Of a DNA stretch of 44,107 nt, positions 1 to 9,337 are shown one piece after another. The notes beneath the pieces are model-generated. The model worked only from the letters and a program-made list of their open reading frames with translations, was not told the DNA's origin and searched no databases. A program made the translations under genes and the position numbers. The DNA is from an uncultured Syntrophaceae bacterium. GTDB taxonomy: Bacteria; Desulfobacterota; BSN033; UBA1163. Location: positions 1 through 44,107 of the forward strand of contig CAYGWV010000112.1 in assembly GCA_964353925.1 (NCBI GenBank), in the 5' to 3' direction. The first letter of the stretch is position 1. The number at the start of each line of letters is the position of its first letter.

Positions 1-1230
1 CTTCTCCGGGGTCAAAACCTCGTAGCCTATCGGAACCACCCGGATGATCTGGTGGAGGCCTTTGTGGAGAAATCAGCCGAGGTAGGGATCGATATCTTTC
101 GTTGCTTTGATGCGGTTAATGATGAGCGCAACTTTGAGACAGCCTTCAAGGTGATCAAAAAAATGGGAAAACATGTTCAGGGGACGATCTGTTATTCTTT
201 GACCGAAAGAAGGATGGGAGGCCCGGTTTATAATCTCAACTACTATATTGAAAAGGCAAAAATCCTGGAGGGAATGGGAGCGGATTCTCTTTGTATTAAG
301 GATATGGGCGGGTTGTTAGCTCCGTATGATATTTATGAATTGGTTAAGGCTTTGAAGAAGAAGACGAAAATTCCCATTCAGCTTCACACGCACTATACGA
401 GTGGCATGGGATCAATGACCTATCTTAAAGCGATTGAGGCAGGCGTGGATATCATCGATACGGCCTTGGCGCCTTTTGCCCTTCGGTCTTCACAGCCTGC
501 GGTGGAGCCGATTTTGGTCGCCTTAGAGGGGACGCCCTGGGATCCGAAGCTGGATCTGGACAAACTTTTGAAACTCGGGGATTATATCGAGAGCATCGCA
601 CCTAAGTATCGTGATTTCTTGGACACCACGAGGATGGCAGTGATTGATACGAGCGTGCTGAAACATCAAATACCTGGGGGGATGATTTCGAACATGGTGA
701 GTCAGCTCAAGCAGCAGAAGGCTTTGCATCGTATTGATGAGGTTTATGTTGAGCTTCCACAAACGAGAAAGGACTTAGGCTATCCTCCTTTGGTGACGCC
801 TACCTCTCAGATTGTGGGGGTGCAGGCGGTTCTAAATGTCCTTTTTGGAAGGTATAAAATGGTATCGAAGGAGACGCAGGACTATGTCTACGGTCTTTAC
901 GGGAGGTCGCCGGTGGCGATCCCGGATGAGATCAGGAAGCTGGTATTGAAAGGGTATAAAAAGGGGATGGAACCCATCACGTGTCGTCCTGCGGATTTGA
1001 TAGAACCGGAGATGGAGAAGGTGAAAAAAGAGACGGAGGGTTTGGCGAGAGACGTTTGTGATACGTTGGTTTATGCGCTTTTTCCTCAGACGGGAAAAGA
1101 GTTTTTGAAGTGGAAGTATGGATTGGAGCCCATGCCGGATAAGGTGAAACCCAAGACCCTGGAAGAGGTGAAAAAAGAGGATGAAGCCATTGCCAAGGCC
1201 AGGGCTGAAGCTCAGAAGAAAACAGCCTAA
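1..1230 (+). CDS. Pyruvate/oxaloacetate carboxyltransferase subunit (PycB / OadA-alpha / transcarboxylase-5S type). 5' end is cut by the window edge. No C-terminal biotinyl domain.
   Basis: Frame 1 is open from nt 1 (LLRGQNLVAYRNHPDDLVEAF...), so ORF 52..1230 is only the visible part. Family-typical strings CIKDMGGLL, IQLHTHYTSGMG and QIVGVQAV are present. The protein ends ...AKARAEAQKKTA* with no (E)AMKM biotinylation motif. Confidence 0.85.
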   Translation, partial: LLRGQNLVAYRNHPDDLVEAFVEKSAEVGIDIFRCFDAVNDERNFETAFKVIKKMGKHVQGTICYSLTERRMGGPVYNLNYYIEKAKILEGMGADSLCIKDMGGLLAPYDIYELVKALKKKTKIPIQLHTHYTSGMGSMTYLKAIEAGVDIIDTALAPFALRSSQPAVEPILVALEGTPWDPKLDLDKLLKLGDYIESIAPKYRDFLDTTRMAVIDTSVLKHQIPGGMISNMVSQLKQQKALHRIDEVYVELPQTRKDLGYPPLVTPTSQIVGVQAVLNVLFGRYKMVSKETQDYVYGLYGRSPVAIPDEIRKLVLKGYKKGMEPITCRPADLIEPEMEKVKKETEGLARDVCDTLVYALFPQTGKEFLKWKYGLEPMPDKVKPKTLEEVKKEDEAIAKARAEAQKKTA

Positions 1231-1365
1231 AGGGTGTGGATTCTTGTTTTGTCCGGATATAAAGATCTATAAGTGCCAGGGTTAAGGTGTAATCTCGACA
1301 TAACAGTATAAGTATTTGAATGTTATTAGCAATTTTTAGTTTCCTTGAGAAGTTTCAGTTTTTGT

Positions 1366-1377
1366 GTTATCGTTAAC
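1366..1377. promoter_or_regulatory. Candidate LacI-family operator (GTTATC|GTTAAC, central CG) directly upstream of the regulator start
   Basis: Imperfect 12-nt palindrome (10/12 self-complementary) with a central CG, 7 nt before ATG 1384. Based on position and shape only. Confidence 0.25.
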
Positions 1378-1383
1378 GCAAAA

Positions 1384-2487
1384 ATGGACAAAAAGATTAC
1401 AATCAAGGATATCGCCCGAAAGGCCAATGTTTCCCACACCACTGTCTCAAGGGCGCTAAATGATAAATCCCGTATTAAGAGCGAGACTAAGGAAAAGATT
1501 CTTTCCATTGCAAAGGAATTACACTACCGGCCAGATTTCATTGCCAGAAGTCTGGTGATGAGGCGAACCAAGACACTCGGTCTCGTCATCACGACCATTG
1601 CCAACCCCTTCTATACGGAACTCTCCCAAGGGATCGAATCAACGGCCATCCGTTTGGGGTACAATATCATTCTATGCAGTACCAATTATGACCTTTCAGC
1701 CGAGAAAAAGTATATTGATATGCTGCAAAGCAAGGGGGTAGACGGTATCATTTTCACTTCTGCCCATATGGGTGACCCCAATATCATTGGGTTGGCAGAA
1801 GAGGGATTTCCAATGATACTGGTCAATCGAAGAACCTATCATCCCACCGTGAGGAATAAAGTCGATTACGTCGGCGTGGATAATATCCGGGGTGGTTTTT
1901 TGGCCGTTGAGCACCTCATCAGACTTGGTCATGAACGGATCGGAGTGATCGGTGGATCGAGTGAATCCTCTGTTGGCTTTGAACGTTTGGAGGGCGGAAA
2001 GAAGGCACTCGCTGCTTACAATTTGGAAGTGATGGGTGATTATTTTTTGGAAGGGGATTTTTTAAGAGGATCCGGCTATCAGGGAGGCAAGAGATTTCTT
2101 GAAATGGACAAGCCTCCAACCGCGATTTTTGCTACGAACGACTACATGGCGTTAGGCACTTATCAGGCGCTCATGGAAGGGGGTATCAAGGTTCCAGAAG
2201 AAATCGCATTAATTGGGTTTAACGATATCGAATTCACGTCGATGAAAGGGATTGAATTGACAACGATCGGCCAAAAGAAGTATGAGATGGGTGCTCTGGC
2301 TGTGAAAACATTGGTTGAAAGGATTGAGGGCAGAAAGGGCGGGCCTCCGGTGGAAATGATTTTAGAGCCGGAACTGATCATTCGGAAGACTTGCGGTTTC
2401 CATCCGAAGGGTTATCAAATTGAATCTCAAAATAGGTATGGGCTGGATGATATCAAATCCGAAACACGAAATCCGAAAGTAATTTAG
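1384..2487 (+). CDS. LacI/GalR-family transcriptional regulator
   Basis: N-terminal HTH ITIKDIARKANVSHTTVSRALN followed by a periplasmic-binding-protein-like core (GLVITTIANPFY, IFATNDYMALG). ATG 1384 (MDKKITIKD) is preferred over the upstream ORF start at 1345. Confidence 0.85.
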   Translation: MDKKITIKDIARKANVSHTTVSRALNDKSRIKSETKEKILSIAKELHYRPDFIARSLVMRRTKTLGLVITTIANPFYTELSQGIESTAIRLGYNIILCSTNYDLSAEKKYIDMLQSKGVDGIIFTSAHMGDPNIIGLAEEGFPMILVNRRTYHPTVRNKVDYVGVDNIRGGFLAVEHLIRLGHERIGVIGGSSESSVGFERLEGGKKALAAYNLEVMGDYFLEGDFLRGSGYQGGKRFLEMDKPPTAIFATNDYMALGTYQALMEGGIKVPEEIALIGFNDIEFTSMKGIELTTIGQKKYEMGALAVKTLVERIEGRKGGPPVEMILEPELIIRKTCGFHPKGYQIESQNRYGLDDIKSETRNPKVI

Positions 2488-2544
2488 GGATTGCGAATTT
2501 AGGGATTAACGAATCAAATTCCTGAATTCCTCAATTCCTGAATC
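2485..2544. repeat. Intergenic imperfect palindrome built from AGGGATT/AATTCCT heptad-like units (family E)
   Basis: tagggattgcgaatttagggattaacgaatcaaattcctgaattcctcaattcctgaatc. The left arm is roughly complementary to the right arm. It overlaps the lacI-family stop codon. Confidence 0.5.
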
Positions 2545-2561
2545 AAAGCGTTGAGACTTAA

Positions 2562-3530
<969 letters not shown>

Positions 3531-3542
3531 GTTTATGGAAGA

Positions 3543-3606
3543 GTCATTGCGAGCGAAGCGAAGCAATCCCAATAGATTGCTTCGTCGCTTCACTCCTCGC
3601 AATGAC
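3543..3606. repeat. Family A palindromic element GTCATTGCGAG...CTCGCAATGAC, copy 1
   Basis: Nested inverted repeat: gtcattgcgag/ctcgcaatgac outer arms and gaagcgaagcaatc/gattgcttcgtcgcttc inner arms. Related copies at 5139-5232 and 43137-43224. Confidence 0.85.
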
Positions 3607-3634
3607 ATAAGAAGTCCATCGTGAAGGGAAAAAC

Positions 3635-4474
3635 ATGCGAGAGATCGATGTGAAGTTGATAACTGAGAAGGTGAGAGACCTTTGCATAAAGGCCAACACC
3701 GATCTTGGAGAGGATGTGCTTCAAGCTTTTGATCGGGCGATGGAGAAAGAGGAGTCCTCTCTGGGAATTGAGATATTAAAGGAATTAAAGGAGAATGCCC
3801 GGATTGCGAAAGAAGAAAGTGTCCCCCTTTGTCAGGACACGGGTTTTGCCGTGGTATTTGTGGAATTGGGACAAGATGTTCATTTGATCGGTGGAAATCT
3901 GAATGAGGCCATCGAGGAGGGTGTTCGACAAGGATACCGAGATGGGTATTTAAGAAAATCGATTTGCCATCCTTTCACGAGGGCGAATACCGGAGACAAT
4001 ACCCCCGCGATCATCCACACGGAAGTGGTTCCCGGAGACAAAATTAGGATGATTGTAGCCCCTAAAGGAGGCGGCAGTGAAAACATGAGCCGAGTGGTCA
4101 TGCTCACTCCGTCGGATGGAATTGAGGGCATTAAGCGCTATGTGGTTCAGAGAGTCAAGGAATCGGGGTCGAATCCCTGCCCTCCAACCATCGTGGGGGT
4201 GGGGATCGGAGGGACCTTTGAACGGGCTGCTCTCCTCGCGAAGAAGAGTCTGCTCAGACCCCTCGGAAGCAAGAATCCGGATCCGGAACTGGATCAATTG
4301 GAATCTGAGATCCTGACCGAGATCAATCGACTGGGGATTGGGCCACAAGGGTTGGGAGGACGAACGACCTCTTTGGCCGTTCACATCTTACTGATGCCCT
4401 GCCACATTGCTAGTTTCCCCTTGGCCGTTAACATTCAGTGCCATGCACAGAGGCATAAAGAGATTGTGATTTAG
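3635..4474 (+). CDS. Class I (Fe-S) fumarate hydratase, alpha subunit / N-terminal domain protein
   Basis: 279 aa with PLCQDTGFAVVFVELG, GGGSENMS and PCPPTIVGVGIGGT, typical of the L(+)-tartrate/fumarate hydro-lyase alpha type. It pairs with the beta subunit gene that follows. Confidence 0.85.
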   Translation: MREIDVKLITEKVRDLCIKANTDLGEDVLQAFDRAMEKEESSLGIEILKELKENARIAKEESVPLCQDTGFAVVFVELGQDVHLIGGNLNEAIEEGVRQGYRDGYLRKSICHPFTRANTGDNTPAIIHTEVVPGDKIRMIVAPKGGGSENMSRVVMLTPSDGIEGIKRYVVQRVKESGSNPCPPTIVGVGIGGTFERAALLAKKSLLRPLGSKNPDPELDQLESEILTEINRLGIGPQGLGGRTTSLAVHILLMPCHIASFPLAVNIQCHAQRHKEIVI

Positions 4475-4491
4475 GAGATGGGGAGATGTCG

Positions 4492-4544
4492 GGACACGGA
4501 GAAACTGCTTCCCCGCATCATTCTATCACCGAGTCTCCGCGTCC
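4492..4544. repeat. Intergenic hairpin GGACACGGAGA...TCTCCGCGTCC (family F)
   Basis: 10/11 complementary arms with a 31-nt loop, preceded by a ggagatg direct duplication. Lies between the two fumarase subunit genes. Confidence 0.5.
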
Positions 4545-4565
4545 GTTGGTTAAATTGGAGGGAAG

Positions 4566-5123
4566 ATGAGTCAACCGATACGATTAAAGCCGCCTCTAAA
4601 GGATGAGGACGTGGAAAAATTGAAGATTGGTGATCGTGTCCTGATCCATGGAATCATTTACACAGGAAGGGATGCCGCCCACAAGAGGCTTTTCGATTTG
4701 TTGAAAGAGGGAAAACCCCTTCCTTTTGATATGAAGGGCCAGATTATCTACTATGTGGGGCCCACACCCGCTAAACCCGGAAAGGCGTTCGGATCGGCAG
4801 GTCCGACGACCAGTTATCGCATGGATGCCTACTCTCCAACGCTCATCGAGAGAGGCCTGAAAGGAATGATCGGGAAAGGAATGCGATCCGAAGCGGTGAA
4901 GGAGGCGATGAAAAAGTTTAAAGCAGTCTATTTTTCCGGAACAGGAGGGGCCGGGGCCCTCTTGGGCAAACGGGTGAAAAAGGCCGAGATCGTCGCTTAT
5001 GAAGATCTGGGTCCCGAGGCGATTCGGAGGTTGGAAGTAGAGGACTTCCCTGTGATTGTCGTCAATGATGTAAGGGGAAATGACCTGTATATTGAGGGTG
5101 AGAAAAAATACCGGAAAGAATAA
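4566..5123 (+). CDS. Class I fumarate hydratase, beta subunit / C-terminal domain protein
   Basis: 185 aa with GIIYTGRDAAHKRL, YYVGPTPAKPG, GPTTSYRMD, IGKG and EDFPVIVVNDVRGNDLY. GGAGGG precedes ATG 4566. Confidence 0.85.
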   Translation: MSQPIRLKPPLKDEDVEKLKIGDRVLIHGIIYTGRDAAHKRLFDLLKEGKPLPFDMKGQIIYYVGPTPAKPGKAFGSAGPTTSYRMDAYSPTLIERGLKGMIGKGMRSEAVKEAMKKFKAVYFSGTGGAGALLGKRVKKAEIVAYEDLGPEAIRRLEVEDFPVIVVNDVRGNDLYIEGEKKYRKE

Positions 5124-5138
5124 GTCCGGGTATTGCAC

Positions 5139-5232
5139 TGAACGGTTTAATAAACTGGTCATTGCGAGGAGTCCCGCTTTGGCGGGACGACGTGGCAATC
5201 CCATGAGATTGCTTCACTTCGTTCGCAATGAC
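5139..5232. repeat. Family A palindromic element, copy 2, with 16-nt flank TGAACGGTTTAATAAA
   Basis: gtcattgcgagg...ttcgcaatgac (5158-5232). The flank at 5139-5154 recurs as its reverse complement next to copy 3 (43209-43224), so the two copies are in opposite orientation. Confidence 0.85.
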
Positions 5233-5326
5233 ACGACGCGAATGTCGCCTTATTTGTGGCGTTCCGTATAGGTCAGCAGGCCTGTCTGCTTTTTATCGTT
5301 TCATTCTTCAACGGGTGGGGAAAAGC

Positions 5327-6241
5327 ATGGAAAAGATAAATCCTGGGTCATTGAAAGCGTGGGTGATGCTTCCTCGTTTCCAGTTCTTGCCGCTCACGGT
5401 CATCCTGGTTTTTTTAGGAACAGCGATTGCCTCCTATGAAGGTTACTTCCATTTCGGTCATTTTCTCTTGGCCATGTTCGGTTCCATCCTGGTTCACATG
5501 ACCGTCAATGTGATCAATGATTACCACGACTACGTGGATGGAATTGATTTAAACACTCAAAGGACCCCGTTCAGCGGAGGAAGTGGTGTGCTTCCCCTGG
5601 ATCTTTTGAAGCCCAGACAGGCCTTTTGGTTTGGAACCATCTGTCTGCTCATGGCTATGGTGATCGGGTTCTATTTCGTGATGGTCAAAGGTTGGGTTCT
5701 CTTCCCCCTTCTTCTCCTCGCAGGGTTCGCTGCCTACTTCTACAATGTTTACCTTTCCAAATGGTTCATGGGCGAATTTTTTGCAGGCGTCGGCTTTGGC
5801 CCCTTACTCGTCCTGGGTTCCTATTATGCACAGACGGGAAGATATAGCTGGGCGGCCCTGGTTGCATCCCTTGCACCAGGGATACTCACATCGAATCTCC
5901 TTTTTCTGAATGAATTTCCGGATTGGGAGGCAGACCGGAAAGGGGGGAGAAGGCATTTTGTCATCTCCCTTGGGAAGAAGGATGCGAGTTATCTCTTCGT
6001 CGCCTTTCTCATTACCTCTTATCTCTGCATTATCGTCGGAGTTCTGACAAAGATGATGCCGGTACTGACACTCATCGGTTTGGGGACGATCGGGTTTGGG
6101 TGGAAGGCCGCCAAAGGGGCTTTGAAATATTATGATAATACTGAAAAACTGGTTCCCGTATTGGGCGCGAATGTCATTACGATCCTTGGAACACAAGCCC
6201 TTTTGGCCGTTGGATATGTAATCGCAATGCTGGTATTGTGA
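5327..6241 (+). CDS. UbiA-superfamily aromatic prenyltransferase, MenA-like (DHNA polyprenyltransferase type)
   Basis: Polytopic membrane protein. First Asp-rich motif is NVINDYHDYVDGID; second is DWEADRKGGRRHFVISLGKK. ATG 5327 (MEKINPG) was chosen because the first 33 codons of ORF 5228.. are a translation of repeat A2. Confidence 0.7.
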   Translation: MEKINPGSLKAWVMLPRFQFLPLTVILVFLGTAIASYEGYFHFGHFLLAMFGSILVHMTVNVINDYHDYVDGIDLNTQRTPFSGGSGVLPLDLLKPRQAFWFGTICLLMAMVIGFYFVMVKGWVLFPLLLLAGFAAYFYNVYLSKWFMGEFFAGVGFGPLLVLGSYYAQTGRYSWAALVASLAPGILTSNLLFLNEFPDWEADRKGGRRHFVISLGKKDASYLFVAFLITSYLCIIVGVLTKMMPVLTLIGLGTIGFGWKAAKGALKYYDNTEKLVPVLGANVITILGTQALLAVGYVIAMLVL

Positions 6242-6253
6242 TAGGAAGGACTG

Positions 6254-6308
6254 GTAGCGTTCCGGTATATCTCGGAACGAAAAAAACCGCCCTCAGTAAA
6301 TGAGGGCG
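6254..6308. repeat. Two intergenic hairpins: family H (GTAGCGTTCCGG...CGGAACG) plus CGCCCTCA-gtaaa-TGAGGGCG
   Basis: 6254-6279 has a 7-bp stem followed by an A7 run; 6287-6308 has an 8-bp stem. A second family H copy is at 17855-17882. Confidence 0.6.
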
Positions 6309-6322
6309 CTACCCTGAGGGGA

Positions 6323-6739
6323 ATGATGAAAATCGAACTAACGAGGCAAAACGTACACAATGAATTTACTAAGAAGGTGGAATTGATCAGCGGACAAAAC
6401 CTATTTGCCTGCTACCAGTGCGGGAATTGCACGGCGGGATGTCCAGTCGCCTTTGCCATGGAGGTGGGGCCACACCAGGTCATTCGGTACACGCTGCTCG
6501 GGTTGGAAGAGGAGGCCCTCGGAGTGAATACCTTCTGGCTTTGCGCCTCCTGCCTTCAATGCACGTCGAGGTGCCCCAAGGGAATCGATATTGCCAGGGT
6601 GATGGATGCATTGAGAATGGTGGTGTTGAGAAAGAAAGAGAGAAAAGACCACATTCAGATTCTTGAATTTCCAGAAGGATTTTTGGAGAAGCTGCCGCAA
6701 ATTGCATTCGTCAGCGGTTTTAGAAAATTTTTATCATAA
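6323..6739 (+). CDS. hdrC: HdrC-like 2x[4Fe-4S] ferredoxin subunit (copy 1)
   Basis: CYQCGNCTAGCP and CASCLQCTSRCPKGIDI motifs with the spacing typical of heterodisulfide reductase subunit C. It lies directly upstream of a CCG-domain protein. Confidence 0.8.
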   Translation: MMKIELTRQNVHNEFTKKVELISGQNLFACYQCGNCTAGCPVAFAMEVGPHQVIRYTLLGLEEEALGVNTFWLCASCLQCTSRCPKGIDIARVMDALRMVVLRKKERKDHIQILEFPEGFLEKLPQIAFVSGFRKFLS

Positions 6740-6749
6740 CGTAGAGAGA

Positions 6750-6823
6750 CTCCCCTTCCCTGGCGCCTGCCTGCGCGAAGCCGCTTCGGCGAAAGCAGGG
6801 GAGGGGACGAAGGGAAGGGGGAG
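6750..6823. repeat. Family C G/C-rich nested hairpin (CTCCCCTTCCC...GGGAAGGGGGAG)
   Basis: Outer arms 6750-6760 / 6812-6823, with inner cctgc..gcagg and gaagccgcttcggc hairpins. More C/G-tract sequence follows to about 6880. Confidence 0.7.
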
Positions 6824-6894
6824 AGTAACTGATTCACCCCCACCCGCACCGTCCCCCATCCACTGGGGAGGGGAAGGTTATCGCGGAGCTTGAA

Positions 6895-7764
6895 ATGGAA
6901 TATCTCTATTTTCCTGGGTGTACCCTTTATACCCAGGCGAAGAATTTTGATCAGACCGCTCGGAATTGTTCTCTTCTGCTCGGGTTTGAATTAAAGGAGC
7001 TCAAGAATTGGACCTGCTGCGGAGCGACCTTTCCTTTGGCTACCGATAACATTATGGCTCTTCTCCCTCCCTCAAGGATTCTGGCAACAGCGAGAGAAGA
7101 AGGGACTACCCTGACCACCCTCTGTGCCATCTGCTTTAACGTCATCAAAAGGACGAACCGATTGATTAAAGAAGATGGGGACAAGAGGGATAAGATCAAC
7201 AACTTTATTGAAAAAAATTACCAGGGAGATCTTCAAATCCTCCACTACTTAGAGATCCTTAAACAAAACGTCGGGTTTTCTCAACTTAAAGAAAAGACGA
7301 AGAAGCCGTTGGCGGGACTCAAAGCAGCGGCCTATTATGGATGCATGCTCCTCCGGCCATTTGAGGAGATGGGATTCGATGATAAGGAGAGGCCCACCCT
7401 GTTTGAGGATTTTCTTGAAGCATTGGGAGCAAAAGCGGTTGAATTTCCCTATAAGATCGAATGCTGTGGATCCTTTCAATCCGTAGGTTCACCCGATGTG
7501 GCGACAGAATGTGCCTATAAAATTCTCGGCTCGGCTCTAAAAAACGGGGCAGAGGCGATGGTTTCCACATGTCCGATGTGCACCTTCAACATCGACCACA
7601 AACAGTTTGATATCAAACAGAAATACTCAGATTTCAAACCCATCCCCGTATTCTATTTCACTCAACTGCTCGGAATGGCAATGGGACTCGATTATCAAAC
7701 TCTCGGATTTGAGCAAAATGCAGTCGATCCTTTGCCTCTCTTGAAAGAGAAAGGGCTTTTATAG
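6895..7764 (+). CDS. hdrB: HdrB-like subunit with two CCG cysteine-rich domains (copy 1)
   Basis: YFPGCT...NWTCCGATF (first CCG domain) and YYGCMLLRP...IECCGS...STCPMC (second CCG domain). Confidence 0.85.
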   Translation: MEYLYFPGCTLYTQAKNFDQTARNCSLLLGFELKELKNWTCCGATFPLATDNIMALLPPSRILATAREEGTTLTTLCAICFNVIKRTNRLIKEDGDKRDKINNFIEKNYQGDLQILHYLEILKQNVGFSQLKEKTKKPLAGLKAAAYYGCMLLRPFEEMGFDDKERPTLFEDFLEALGAKAVEFPYKIECCGSFQSVGSPDVATECAYKILGSALKNGAEAMVSTCPMCTFNIDHKQFDIKQKYSDFKPIPVFYFTQLLGMAMGLDYQTLGFEQNAVDPLPLLKEKGLL

Positions 7765-7774
7765 ACTCCCATTC

Positions 7775-7799
7775 CGCCCTCCCCCTGGAGGGGAGGGCG
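7775..7799. repeat. Family C hairpin CGCCCTCCCC-ctgga-GGGGAGGGCG
   Basis: Perfect 10-bp G/C stem with a 5-nt loop and no following T-run. Confidence 0.8.
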
Positions 7800-7826
7800 A
7801 GGGGGCAGGGTAAATGGCGTTGGCTT

Positions 7827-9209
7827 ATGAGTAAAGCGTTCGATGAAAACAGAGAAACCGACGCAGGGACTGCTCATAATGGTTTCATAAAGAGAGCGAT
7901 GGTGATCGGCGGGGGGATCGCCGGGATCTCTGCATCGATTGACCTGGGAAATGGGGGGTATGAAGTCGTCCTTGTGGAGAAGCTTCCATCCATCGGAGGC
8001 CGAATGCTTCAGCTTTCCGAAACCTTTCCCACCCTCGATTGTGCCCAGTGCACCTTAACTCCGAAAACGGTCGAGACGGGCCAGCATCCTCGCATCAGAC
8101 TTCTTACCTATTCTGAGGTGGACAGTGTTCAAGGAAAGGCCGGAGATTTTAGGGTAAGAATTCGAAGAAAAGCCGCCTATGTCGATTGGGAGAAATGCAC
8201 AGGCTGCGGCCTCTGTCAACAGAAATGCCCTTCGAAGAACCCATCTGAATTTGATCGGGGCATGGGACTGGGAAAAGCCATCCATACCTTATCGCCCCAG
8301 GCCGTTCCGAATAAACCTGTCATCAACCCTGCTCACTGCCGTTATTTTAAAGAAAAGAAATGCAGGGTATGTGAGAAGATCTGCCCGGTGGGAGCCATTG
8401 ATTACGAGCAGCAGGACCGTTTTGTAGAAGAAAGGGTAGGAGCCATCATTACGGCAGTGGGTTTTGATTTGATCCCTAAAGAAAGTTTTGGTGAGTATGG
8501 ATATGGTGACGTTCCGGATGTGATCGATGGCCTTGCCTTCGAGAGGCTCAATTCTGCATCTGGACCGACCACGGGGGAGATTCGTAGACCTTCAGACGGC
8601 AAAATTCCTAAAGAGGTGGTTTTCATTCAATGTACGGGGTCAAGAGATCCTGAGCGTTACATGCCTTACTGCTCACGGGTTTGCTGCATGTACACGGCCA
8701 AGCATGCCCGGCTCTATAAGCATAAGGTCCACGATGGGCAGGCCTATATCTTTTATATGGATATTCGCTCGACAGGAAAAGGGTATGAGGAGTTCATCCA
8801 GCAGGGAATGGAAGAAGAAGGGATCCTTTATTTGAGGGGGAGGGTTTCCCGAGTCTTTCGAGATGGAGAGAAGGTGGTCGTCTGGGGTGTGGACACATTG
8901 ACAGGGAAGAAAGTTGAGATTTCTGCGGATATGGTGGTATTAGCCACAGCGCTTATTCCCCAGAAGGAGTCGAAGGATCTCGCCGGAAAGTTGGGGATCA
9001 AAACAGATGAGCACGGTTTCTTAACAGAAGCCCAGAGAAAATTACGGCCTGTTGAAACGGATATCGATGGAATCTATATCGCAGGCTGTGCCCAGGGGCC
9101 CAAAGATATTGCCGATGCAGTGGCCCACGCCAATGCCGCAGCGAGCAAGGTGCAAGGGCTGTTCGCAAGACATAGAAACAACAATGGGAATAATGGAATA
9201 ATGGAATGA
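7827..9209 (+). CDS. hdrA: Short HdrA/QmoA-type FAD + FeS flavoprotein. Has the FAD domain with inserted ferredoxin domain but lacks the N-terminal Cys domain and the C-terminal ferredoxin domain.
   Basis: MVIGGGIAGISAS, TFPTLDCAQCTLTPK, CTGCGLCQQKCP, CRVCEKICP, CSRVCCMYTAKHA. 460 aa. Start is uncertain (ATG 7827 or ATG 7899). The tail ...NNNGNNGIME is encoded by repeat D1. Confidence 0.85.
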   Translation: MSKAFDENRETDAGTAHNGFIKRAMVIGGGIAGISASIDLGNGGYEVVLVEKLPSIGGRMLQLSETFPTLDCAQCTLTPKTVETGQHPRIRLLTYSEVDSVQGKAGDFRVRIRRKAAYVDWEKCTGCGLCQQKCPSKNPSEFDRGMGLGKAIHTLSPQAVPNKPVINPAHCRYFKEKKCRVCEKICPVGAIDYEQQDRFVEERVGAIITAVGFDLIPKESFGEYGYGDVPDVIDGLAFERLNSASGPTTGEIRRPSDGKIPKEVVFIQCTGSRDPERYMPYCSRVCCMYTAKHARLYKHKVHDGQAYIFYMDIRSTGKGYEEFIQQGMEEEGILYLRGRVSRVFRDGEKVVVWGVDTLTGKKVEISADMVVLATALIPQKESKDLAGKLGIKTDEHGFLTEAQRKLRPVETDIDGIYIAGCAQGPKDIADAVAHANAAASKVQGLFARHRNNNGNNGIME

Positions 9210-9292
9210 TGGGTCTTGAGGAATTTGGTTTAGTAATTATTTTTTATGCCTTCCTCAGTATTTCATTATTCCATCATTCCAACATTCCATTG
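9182..9292. repeat. Family D long hairpin of (GGAATRATG)n units, copy 1
   Basis: caatgggaataatggaataatggaatgatgg (9182-9212) against cattattccatcattccaacattccattg (9264-9292), with an inner cttgaggaa/ttcctcag pair. The left arm overlaps the hdrA1 stop codon. Confidence 0.8.
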
Positions 9293-9337
9293 ACGAATGA
9301 AGGATAAGAAAAGGCCAATTGAGTTTTGAGAGGTTCC

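Noticed and set aside
4596-5204. Long antisense or overlapping ORFs inside well-supported genes (for example 4596..5204-, 9266..9883-, 23247..23969+, 26063..26461+, 37285..37773-, 36300..36773-)
   Set aside because: Each is fully embedded opposite or out of frame with a gene that has strong family motifs. Their translations are low-complexity or Arg/Ser/Pro-rich, as is typical of shadow ORFs.
5080-5326. ORF 5080..5271 (63 aa) and the first 33 codons of ORF 5228..6241
   Set aside because: Both are read-through translations of the family A palindrome (…VIARSPALAGRRGNPMRLLHFVRNDT…). The MenA-like protein starts plausibly at ATG 5327. The same artefact creates the extensions at 1345, 2565, 12004, 18677 and 37768.
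6663-6893. ORF 6663..6893 (76 aa, Gly/Pro/Glu-rich) between hdrC1 and hdrB1
   Set aside because: The ORF lies entirely within the family C G/C-tract repeats, gives a low-complexity translation and has no SD sequence.
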